Source of the DNA: Blastocystis sp. Blastoise | Lineage: Eukaryota; Protista; Bigyra: Opalinata | Length of the DNA: 64,000 bases | Assembly (NCBI GenBank): GCA_039096225.1 | Contig: JBBPEB010000014.1 | Span: forward strand, 2,323,978 to 2,387,977 | Direction: 5' to 3' | In this document: positions 13,901-24,774 of the stretch, one piece after another | How positions within the stretch are numbered: position 1 is the stretch's first letter | Layout of the letters: the number at the start of each line of letters is the position of its first letter | Made by a program: the position numbers and the translations under genes | The notes under the pieces: model-generated | Told to the model about the DNA's origin: nothing | The model's input: only the letters and a program-made list of their open reading frames with translations | Database searches by the model: none

Positions 13901-14683
13901 ATAATAATTAATAATATATATATATACTTATAAGTGACTGATTTTGTTTGTATTTCAATATATTCACCTCCAGGAAGTGATTGACAAGATTCATAAGGCC
14001 ATTGATTTGTTATGAATTCATTAAATGTAGAATACTTTTGAAAAGTCATTATGAAATATTCATCATCAGACCAACCATTTATATTCAATATTAACAACTT
14101 TAACGAGGTTCCTGGCAATAACGAAATAGGAAGGGAACCTATAAATATATTTCAATTTATATTTATTTTAATAGATAAATGTGATGATAAGAATCATAAA
14201 TTTCATATTTTTAGAAATAAATAAATTATAAAAATCATACCAATTACGTCGTAATCTCTGAATGAATTATTCTCTATGTTCTTAAAGCCTGTAGGATTCG
14301 ATATATGTTCTATATAACTTCGTTTATCTGTTATAAAGTCATTATTGGAATTCGAATAAAACATTTCCCACATTTGACCTTGAAAATGATAACAATAAGT
14401 CTAAATAAATTTATAAATGATTCTAGAATTCTATTTATGTATCATTACATACAAGATAAACTTCATTACGATCTTTTCCTATCCAAACATACTCAGAATC
14501 AAAATAATAATCACCTCCTTGTTTTATCATACAATCTTGTACAGGCAATTCTCTTGATTTACCTATTCAATTATGTGGAATATTATGGAATTAAGAGAAT
14601 AGAAAAAACAAACCTAATTTCTTTCCAGAATTAACTGCTAAACATGTAGTATAGATGAATAAGAGTAGATATAATATTCTCAT
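1..14683 (-). CDS. Giant multi-exon secreted/surface protein: signal peptide, PA14/fibro-slime-like domain, filamin/Ig-like repeats, then many Cys-rich (CPxxxPxxCxDGxC) repeats; 3' end runs off the window
   Basis: ATG at 14683 gives MRILYLLLFIYTTCLA (signal peptide-like). Exons join in frame wherever checked. Motifs YFPLTD, FETNNGLWVFINKHLFLDYG and SIFFASRTCGTQS (12.7-13.2 kb) resemble fibro-slime/PA14. D-x-[FY]-[GN]-N repeats at 6-11.8 kb resemble filamin/Ig-like folds. Cys repeats occupy <5.9 kb. About 53 GT-AG and 6 AT-AC introns by manual count. Confidence 0.85.
4386..4463 (-). other. U12-type (minor) AT-AC intron, 78 nt, phase 2
   Basis: 5' ATATCCTTT ... TTTTCTTTAAT AAATTTAC 3'. Removal joins CAT GTT AC|A TGT CCT TCT CCT (HVTCPSP), restoring a Cys repeat. 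Confidence 0.92.
6157..6221 (-). other. U12-type AT-AC intron, 65 nt, phase 2
   Basis: ATATCCTTT ... TTTCTTAAT AAACTTAC. Joins TAT CT|T TCT CTT TCT CCT TTA GAA CCT (YLSLSPLEP) in an open frame; the nearer AC gives a stop. Confidence 0.9.
6650..6716 (-). other. U12-type AT-AC intron, 67 nt, phase 1
   Basis: ATATCCTAT ... TTTTCTTTAAT AAATATAC. Joins CCT GGA AAT T|TA ACT GAA TAT (PGNLTEY). Confidence 0.9.
7454..7515 (-). other. U12-type AT-AC intron with variant donor, 62 nt, phase 0
   Basis: ATATCTTTT ... TTTTCTTAAT AATCAC. Joins CTC TTT GAT|TCC TTT AAT AAT (LFDSFNN), completing a filamin-like D-x-F-x-N motif. Confidence 0.85.
8738..8803 (-). other. U12-type AT-AC intron, 66 nt, phase 2
   Basis: ATATCCTTT ... 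TTTTCTTTAAT CTATATAC. Joins GGT ACT TAT AA|A ACT ATA CCT CAT (GTYKTIPH). Confidence 0.92.
10464..10543 (-). other. U12-type AT-AC intron, 80 nt, phase 0
   Basis: ATATCCTTT ... TTTCTTAAT TCTACTTTTTAC. Joins GAA ATC TAT|AGT CCT ATT AGT TTT GCA GGT (EIYSPISFAG), in frame with ORF 10248-10430; the nearer AC gives a stop. Confidence 0.88.
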
Positions 14684-15449
14684 TTAATTAAATAAGAATT
14701 ATAGGATGAATTATCAGAAAGAAACAAAAGTGTTTTGAAAACAAGAAGATTCTCTTAATTATTTGTTAGAATCTGAGTGAAAAATGGTTTGTGTTGTTTA
14801 AAATGAGTTTGGCTGAATTTTCTTTGATTTCTTTGTTGTTGTAGAGGTTGTGTGTTATTTATAGTGTTAGAAGATTTTATATTTGAATGATTATGTTGAT
14901 TGTTGCTTATTATTTTAAAATAATTAATTTAATTTGGAAATAATTCATTTAATATTTTAGTTAGATGAGTATTGTGATGAGTATATAAAAGTCTATGTGA
15001 TGAGTTAAATAGTATTATAGTAATTAAATAAGAGAAAAGTCTTTTAATTCAATTTTACTTTTTAATTGTTTGTTTTATTGAATTATTTTTTGATATATTG
15101 TATTATTTAAAAAATTTTACATATTATTTGAAATCAATTAATTTATTTTAATGATAATTATTGTTAAGAAAACTGAATGATTATCATAAATCTGAATCAT
15201 ATGAATAATATAGCATCTATACATTTTACAGTTCACTTTAAAGCCATTCAATACTTTATAATTTTTCTTATTGAATAAAAAAATGAAGAAAACAATAGAA
15301 TCGTTTTTTCCCATATTTGTACTACTCTTCTCCATGATTTGCAACACAATATTTTTTGGGTATTTCTACCAATTTTTCTTCTTTTTTCCTTATCGTTTCT
15401 TTCCATCAATTCACATAATGATATGAGCAATTAGCAGATATCATAAAAC

Positions 15450-15900
15450 TGATAACTAAAGTCGGGAAAGAAACACAATTATTAGAATGTCTATATAGAA
15501 TATCAATGAATAGAAACTCTCGTATTTTACCACTATTTCTCTTGTATTATACATAAATTGACTGATTGTAAAAAAGTTGCTAATTCAACTGTTTTGAAAA
15601 AAGTATAAAAATCGTTATAGCTATAGTTTCGGTATTTCCCAAGAAATCAGTAAAAGTGATCTTACTAGTCAAGAGAGAATTCTATAGTGTCTACAGTCAA
15701 GTCTAAAAACAATGAAAACCTATTGGAGTCAATAAACAAAGAATTCTTATAAGAGTCTCTCGCTATTAACCTAGTTTTTAAATAAGATATTCTTTATAAG
15801 CTATGTTATCAAAACGAGTCATAAAAAATAGAAAAATTTGCTTTATTTTCTATATAAAAAGATTGCTATCTTATGTCAATACGACTTTTCCCATAAATCA
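15450..15900. promoter_or_regulatory. GAC/GTC-rich island in the divergent intergenic region (putative promoter element cluster)
   Basis: Dense AGTC/GACT motifs (aagtcgg, ttgactg, tagtcaa, cagtcaagtc, ggagtca, gagtctc, cgagtca, acgactt), between the 5' ends of two divergent genes. Confidence 0.3.
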
Positions 15901-17640
15901 GCAAACAGTATTCAGAAACTCTTCATTCATTTGTATTCGTTGCTTTTTGCAAAATACTTTGGCTATCAATTTTTATTTTTCATTTTATTCTATGAATATG
16001 GAATATAATTATATAATTTATTATTTTCTAATGAATATTTTATGTGTATTCTTCACTAGTAGATTTTAAAAAACATAATAAAGACAATTATAGTGATTCC
16101 ATTTCAATAATGTTGTCAATTTTGAGTATAAATTGTTATATAATGTTTATCAATATTAGAGATATACATAAATGAATTTTATAGGATTAAAAGAGGAAAT
16201 GTTAAAAAAATAGTTTATAAAATTGTATTAAAAGCGTTATATAAATATTTTGTGAAACTCTTCTTCTTAAAATTTATTTTTTTAATTTTTGAATGATAAA
16301 ACGTATTAAATCATTTATAAATGTATTATTCTATTCTATCTACTTGCTAACTTGTTTAATTGATTAAAATGAATACAAAAAAATCACCGATTCTCAAAGA
16401 TGAGTATATTTTTCTTATTAATAAGTTAAAAATAAATGTTATTCACAATGTATTGAATATGTATAATAAGAAATAATAAAGAATAACGATGAAAAAACAT
16501 CAAAATTGATTATTTATAAAAATATATTTGAAAAGTCTTTACATATCAATATCAGTGTCATAAAGAAATATAAACTCATAGATTTAAATTTATAAATGAT
16601 TTATTATATGAAGAGGATCTTTATGTATTTAATAATGTGAACTATTTCAAAATACTTTATACAATAAAGAGTAACAATGAAATGTTTTTAGAGAATTTAG
16701 TAGATGAATCAACTTCATACTCTTCAACTGTTTTCAATCTATATATATAAATAGATTCTTCATAAATATTAATTTATATATAATATAATAACTACATAAA
16801 TACCATGAATATCAGGAAATAAAGATGAATTGCTTGTTTCAATTGGTATACATAAGGTATATTCATGTTATAATATACAGAAATGTGATAGAATAGTTTT
16901 TTATAACTTTATAGAATATAATATTGCTATTATTTCAAAAACAAGAAGAGAATCACTGTTAATTATTTCTATCTTGTTGAAATTCCAGTAAAAAATAAAT
17001 AATTGACACATCATGACATCATAAATCATTCTAGACTTCTTAAATAGCTGCTCATGAAGATCAATATAGGATTTTGAAAATAATTTGTTGAAGAATTGTG
17101 AATATTTGACTTTTATTTGAAATATACTTTGCTAACATGTGATTAAAGCAGCCAATAATACGTTCATTTATGTTTATTTAGTAATTTTGATTCTTATATT
17201 TCTTTTTTTGATTATAATAATGAATTCTTTGAGTATATCCATGTTCTTTATGTATTTTAATAAACATATTCAACTATATCGAATTGAATAAGTTATTTTA
17301 ACGATATAAAATGATTAAAAAAGATTTAAAAGAAATAATATTTTTCACTTTTTATTTTCCGCTTTAAAAAAAAATATAATCGTGATTCTTTTTTGATACT
17401 TGTTCATTCACTTTGAAATGCGATATAATTACCCTTAATATCAATGAGTAACTAAGAGTAATTCCATATATATCTTTTCTAAAAATTTGCAAGTTTTAAT
17501 TTTTCTTGCTTTCACTGATTCATTATTTTTATTCTAGGATACAACTATTTTCAAAGTATTTATTGAATATACTATATAGAAATTTGTTTACAAAGCAAGA
17601 CACTCTATGATTATGTTATTTTTATAGTTGAATTCAAGTG

Positions 17641-20600
17641 ATGTCAGAAAATAAGTCAATATTAACAGAAGATAAATGTATGTGAGTATGATTACAATCA
17701 ATTTATATGTTTTTAGATTTATTTACGTTTCAGGATGAAACGCAATTATGGATTTCAAGAGAACTTTTGGAGAAATATCCTCAATTCCCCTTTCATGATA
17801 TTATTCAACACTCAGATAAATATGAAGATGGTAGCTATTATATAGATATACCTTCAATGAGCATGGATAAAGTTATTTCTTTATTTAATGATAAAAATAT
17901 AGATATTTCTTCTTTAAATCTACGAGATAGTTATGATATATATAGAACACTTTTTGAATATTCAGTTACACTTGATAAAGAAATTCAAAGTGATTTATTA
18001 TTTCATGTTGAAGAATTATTTATTGACTATTTGAAAGCGAATCATTATGCTATATATGGCAATAAAAAAAAGAAGCATCAATTAACTATTCCTATGGAAG
18101 TATTTAATTCAGAAACTAAAATTCTTTTTATTAATGGTAATTATATTACTATTTAAAGAAAAACTAAATATATATAGGATTAATTACTTCTTTACAAATG
18201 GAATTATTATTCTATTATTCGCTTCTTATTAAAATGATGAATATTAAACAAGTAGATATAAATTGTATTTATATATTTATTTATTATAATACTAATGATA
18301 TTTATAAAATATAGATGAATATGCCTCGAATATTCCATTAGAATATATATGTCCATCATGTATTAAAGATATATATCCTTCATTAAGAAAATTAACAATT
18401 TCTGGTATATAAATATATAAATATATAAATATATAAATATATAAATATATAAATATATCAATATATAAATACATAATATATAAAAATATATAGAAACTAT
18501 ACATTATAATAAAAGTGATGAATTATTGAATCCAAATACCGAGGAGTATTTGAAAGAATACACTGTGTTTTGTAATAAATATGGATATGAAATGAAAAAT
18601 AATGAGACTTATGAATATTACATGAAATCTGAAATGAAACGATATAATGAAGTTTCTCCTTTTAATAAGACTGTTGCTGAATCACAAAATTATGAATTAG
18701 ATTCTTATTTTGAAAGAGTAAAAATGAATGCTTTGCCTAAATTATATAAATGTAATATTGATGAAACTTTATATGTAAATGACTTTTCACAAATAGAAAG
18801 ATCTCAAAATAATGATAGTTATATACTTATGAATAAAATTGGTATCGAATATGATAGTATGTATTTTTGTAATAGTTTATTAATATTTCTTTTTATAGTT
18901 AAAACAGGAAGTGAAACATTATAGTATGTATATCATTTAATTATTAATAATTTGTTATGAGTAGTATTTATGAACTGAATTCTGAGTATGGTATAACTCA
19001 ACTATTAAGTGTTCCTTTATATTCTTCTATTTCAGAAATAAATATATCTGGTTGTATTTGAATTTATATATTTTTAATTAGAATAACTATTATGTAGATA
19101 AGTCTATTCAAAAACGGTTTACTATTCCTATTGTGAATGCATTTGAAAATGGTGTTTTTGATTCTATCAAAACTATAAATGCTCTATGGTGTATTTTTAT
19201 TTATATTCATTAATAAATAATTATATATATTAAAGTTTTAGAAATGCTAGAGGATAATAAATGGATACAAAAACATATTTTTCCTAATGTCACTAAATTT
19301 ATATATGATGATCGTGATAGTATATATATATATATATAATGTATATATAATATATAGAATTTATGTCAATGTCGTTAGTCAATAAAGAAAGATTTCCTGG
19401 ACTTCATATAATTCATTATGGTGTAAATTTTGGTATAATTATATAATAATTATTATTTCAAATATAGAACTAATATATTCTAGATGAATCTGATTTACAG
19501 AATTTGTTTCCTGGGAGATTCATATCTATGATTGATACTATTATATTGAATGATTATGATGAACGTTTAGAGAGTGTAACTCCATTTTTAGATGATTTAG
19601 CTTTTAATCATTCTATTCATATTGATGGACTCTGTATATTAAGTTTTACAAAATATACTATTTATGTTTTTTTTTAATGTTAATAATTCTTTAATCTCGA
19701 TATATGATGTTATATATATAATTATATAGATGATAACATAAATGATTTATCTCATCGTGAAGAACTATTAGAAAAGAACATAATTTCTTTGCCTGATGAT
19801 CTTGAAGGTATATTCTATTTTTAATATATATATTATTTTTAAAGTATATCTATATATTATTTTTAAAGTAAATGCTTGTGAGGAATATTATTATGATAGT
19901 TTGTTAAAGTATTATAAATATGCAGAGAATCAAAAGTTAAAGACATTTAATATTATTTTTTTATGTATATATATATGTATATACTTCTTTTTTATATTAT
20001 ATATAGATATATGGAGAAGAGATGATGATTATGATATTGAATATAGAGAAAGAAATGGACTTGATAAATTTGAAGAAATAACTAGTGACAATGAAGAAAT
20101 AACTAGTGACTATGAAGAATATGAAGAAGTTCACGATACACCTATTGGTGATGACATGGAAGATGATTTAGAATTACTGTTTGAAAGTAGCTCATTAGAT
20201 CATTTAGATAGTTTTTCTTTTGAACGTATGCTATTTTTAGTATTATTATTAGAATTAGAATAATTCTTACTTTGATATAGTAGAGCAAATATGTACGAGA
20301 AAACTAAGATGGATAAGTAATCTTTTTAATCATAATACAATAGGATGTAACGAATTGAATGTTAATTGTATATAAATTGATAATATTTTCTATATATATA
20401 TATAGTAAAACAAATAGGTTCAGAGTCATCATCCGAATATTTCTCAATGATTCAAGATATCCTTAAAAAAATCATTCCTAAATCCTCTGATGTGTCTCTA
20501 AACGGTATTTAAATTTAAATCATATTGTAATTACTTTATATATAAAGGGATACCCCATTATAATATTATTGAAGGTTTAATAGAGAATGGCTATTTTCAT

Positions 20601-21328
20601 AATACGGCACAATTAAAACTAGGTATAATAAATATATATGATTATTATTATTATAAAGATTTCTATTGTTATTATTGATAAATATAATGAAATTCATTAT
20701 AGAATTACGTAATTTTTCAATTAGTTCCTTTTTTGAACTATATACAAAGAATAATTTTCCACAATTAAAGAATATTGATATCTGTATATATCTATAAGAA
20801 TTTTGTGTTTGATAGATTAAAATATATATTATTTACTTAAGTATTAACAATAATATATATATAGCATGTAGTAAAATATCATTTGAACCTTTTATGGAAA
20901 CTTTATGCTTATGTTTAAGAAAAGACAGCTTTTTATCTTCAACTACAGTTTCATTAAATGATAATATATGTTATAATCCAAGTTATTCCATTCTTCAATG
21001 CAAATATTCTTTGATGACACCAATGGAATCTATTATTATTGACAATAATGAAGATGTATCTAAGTATCAGATAGCTATATTATTAGATTGTATTAAAGAA
21101 AATAAAGTTCAAGATTTGAAATCTTTGAAGATATACTTTTATGAAACTGAATTACTTACAAAAATCATTGATATTGTTACTACTCAAAAGATTCCAAAAT
21201 TGAAAGAGTTTCTTTTTATTTGTAATTTCAATATTTCTGAACAATTAATTAATACATGCAAGCAACAATTAAAAGACTCGCCATTTATACAAAACAATCA
21301 TTTACGTTATAAGCTTTTAAAACTCTAA
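17641..21328 (+). CDS. Family A paralog 1: N-terminal BTB/POZ-like domain followed by degenerate LRR-like (FPxL/V) repeats, multi-exon
   Basis: ATG at 17641. LFTFQDETQLWISRELLEKYPQ...DGSYYIDIP...MDKVI resembles a T1-type BTB. Recurrent YPSL, FPNV, FPGL, FPQL and IPKL motifs. GT-AG introns. TAA at 21326-21328. Collinear with 46562-50349 and 59252-63022. Confidence 0.75.
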
Positions 21329-22641
21329 TTTTTTTCATTAATTACGTTTTTTATTTATATTTATTATATATATATATATTAATTATTATGAACTTTTTTA
21401 AACATTATATTTAAATGGTATATTTTTATATTATTGATGAAATACTATTAATATGGTCTTGCTTATATTATATAATACTTATATATACTCACAATTCCAA
21501 AGAGATCTTTTTATAAGTGTAAATTATCAAATCAATTATTTTTCTATTCATTATCCATTGTTTTATGTAAAAGTATAAATTAAATATTTTATTAATATTA
21601 TCATAAACACTTAATAATGAAATATAAACACATAGATAGGCGTGAAACTTTAAAAATATATATATAATATCATAATTGTTTTTTTATTTTATATATTTAG
21701 TTGAATGTATAAGTTTCTAAACATCATATAGTAGGCTTTTAAATATAGATAATAAATGTGAACAAAATGGTTATTATTAGTATGTATTTAGAGTCAAAAT
21801 TATGGTTTTATATATATTTTTTAATTCTTGATTGTATTGAAACATTAGAAATAATATATACAAAAGTAATTTGTAATAATCAAATTATTCTATTGCTTTT
21901 AAGACAGCTGTCTTGACAATAACTGAATGATACTTTCACATAAACTATACTTGACTTTATATAAACCAAAATACAAAATTAAGATTTCAAAAATACACAT
22001 TTGATCACCAATCTCAGTGAAAATTGTCACACAGCAATTCCATCAACTGATTTAAGAAGTAACTGGAAATAATTGGAATGATTATAAAAGGAAGTAAGGC
22101 AATCATAATATAGATAGGTGATTCACACGAATAATAATTGTTTAAAGAATAATAAATATCAATTGAAGCTCAAATAGATCATATGAAGAAGACTTGACAC
22201 AAAATGCTAATAAAAAAAGATATTTAAAAAGGATTCATGAAGATTATTAATATTCAGAATACTTAAATTAATCATAAATATAGAACAGACTTACTACTAT
22301 AGCTAACGAAAAAAAGAATGACAATGAGTTGTTTATTGTAATCTGTTTTAATGCTATTTTTGTAAATCACACAATTTATAAATATTATGATTTAATAATC
22401 TTATTAAAAATATAAATTAAATGAATAATAAAGATATTTAATGAATGAATTAAAAAGTTGATTAAAATCATGATTTATTTTAAAATGAAAGCTATAAAAT
22501 GAAAATAATTATATAATGTTAAAATAAAAGTGTTTAAAAATATTTACGATTATTATTAAATTTTGAGTTATAAAAGAAAATAGTTTCATAATTTAATTAA
22601 AAGAAGCTTTCATATTTATTTTATTTCTTTTATTGTTTAGA

Positions 22642-24179
22642 ATGGTGAAAGAGAATGTAGGATTTGATGCTGATAAGATTGGTGATATTCAGAAGGATGT
22701 AATTCATTTTGAAAGACTGATTGGTGATTTGATTGGTATTTTAAGTAAGTCAATAAGTTTTTGTGTTCATTCAGGTGAGTCAGTGAATGAATTAGTGAAT
22801 CGATTAACAAGAAATTGTGATGGAATGAATGATAAGAATGGTGTTGATCCACATATAATTATCCAAGAATCTTCATATGTTCATGAAAGTGATTTAAATA
22901 TGAATAAAAATGATAATGGAATTGATTTTATTCGATTTACGAATGCAGGTCCAGTTTATTCTCTTCCTAAAAGAATAACAAATAGTTTAGTAGGTAGTTT
23001 TATTTATGAAGCTTCTCAAGAAGATCAAAGAGCTAATGATGGTACTATATTTATTGATTATCATGGTGATGAAACAGTTGCTCCTTTATTAATTGATTCT
23101 TTAATGAATAAGAAAGTGAATATTGATAAATTAAGTTTTGATGATCAAATTGATTTATTAAGAATGTTTGATTACTGTAGTTTACCAATTCCTAAAGAAT
23201 TTGTAAAATATTCATATAGATTTAGAAAGAATCATATTATGAAACACTATGAAGAAGGTGATGATGTTATTCTTTATATAAATGATAAGAAAGATGATAT
23301 ACTAAGAGATTATTTAAAGAAGAATGGATTATGGAATAATATAGTAAATGAATATAGTGATGGATATGTAGATTATGATGAAAAGAATAATGAAATGTAT
23401 ATGAATATGAATTATACATATATTGATCATATTGATGAATATATTCAATATAATTATATTTATATATCTGAAGAAGAAACAAAAAATATAAATAGAGAAT
23501 TATTAGAGAATGAAATGTATAGTTTATTTGGTGATACAGGAAAAGAAAAGGTAAAAGAAGGAATGATGATTCCTCAATATTTTGTTGGCACAAAAATAAT
23601 AATGAATTATTCAGTGGAAATACATTTAGTGAATTGGCTTGGTAAAGAAAAGAAATGGAAATTATTATTTAGAGCAAGTGAACATGATTACTTAGCAAGT
23701 GAATTTCATAGATATTGTGATAATAAAAGAGAAACAGTAACTATAATCAAACATACAGGTCATAATAATAACATTAATATATTTGGAGGATATACAGATC
23801 AAAATTGGGATAGTTCAAGTTGTATATTTATTTTATTTAATCATTCAATATGATTTATATAGGTTGGAAACCTTATTCTAAAGAATTTCTATTTATATTT
23901 AGCAATGAACATAATATTCCTCCTACTAAATATGAATATATAAATAATGATAAAAAATATGGTATATACTGTTATTCTTCTAATGGTCCATCATTTGGAA
24001 ATGGCCATGATATCTATATATCTGATCAATGTCATAGTAATACCGATTCTTATTGTTCTGCATCTTCTTATTCTGAAGTGAATACTCCTCAAAAATCATC
24101 ATTATTTGTAAATACTAATAGTGATAATTTTACGAATAAATTTACAGTAGAAGATTATGAAGTCTGGGGAAGAGCATAA
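22642..24179 (+). CDS. Family B paralog 1: BTB-like plus C-terminal TLDc domain protein (one intron, 23822-23862)
   Basis: TLDc motifs WKLLFRASEH, FHRYCDNK.ETVTII, IFGGYT, FLF, GPSFG.G.DIYI and VEDYEVW. A 41-nt GT-AG intron joins ORFs 22633-23853 and 23850-24179 (SSS C|WKPY). Confidence 0.9.
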
Positions 24180-24774
24180 AATGGGATAATACATTATGAT
24201 TTCTTTTTGTTTTATTTTTTAATATATATTTTTTTTCTTTTCTTTCTTTAGAAAGGTTTTTTCAATATATATTATCTTTTTTTAATGAATCAAATACATA
24301 AAATAGTTGTGTTAATTGCTTCTTAAATATGATTATAATAATAAAAGATAATCAATATAATTAATACATAATTTTTTCAATCATAACAAATAGATAAAAA
24401 TTTCCAAACATTTTGTGGCACTTGTTGTGATTGTCATAAAAAAACTACTGTATATTAATTTATATAGAAAATGTAAAAATTTTTCATCATCAAAAAGTTA
24501 CGAAAGTGTCACATTTTGTATGATAATTGTACCGCCGAAAATAATATTATTTTGAAAGACACTGTATTAAAAAACATTTTTATTAAAAAATATTTTAAAA
24601 TAATATTTAAATAATATGAATAATTATTTGAAAAAGTAACTAAACAATTTTCTCAATGTTTAATATGACTATTATAAAACAAAACCAATAAAATATTATT
24701 ATTATATTAATCATGAATAATTATTAAAAAATAATAATATATATATATATGAAATTATATATAAAGAAAAAAGA

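Noticed and set aside
18371-20465. Additional ATATCCTT motifs (~18373, ~20457; similar ATATCC at ~11755, ~46695) as U12 donors
   Set aside because: They lie in open coding frames (DIYPSL, DILKK, EYPLF, KYPE), some conserved among paralogs, with no matching branch/AC unit.
21901-21914. 14-bp palindrome AAGACAGCTGTCTT
   Set aside because: It is isolated, with no second copy or associated element found.
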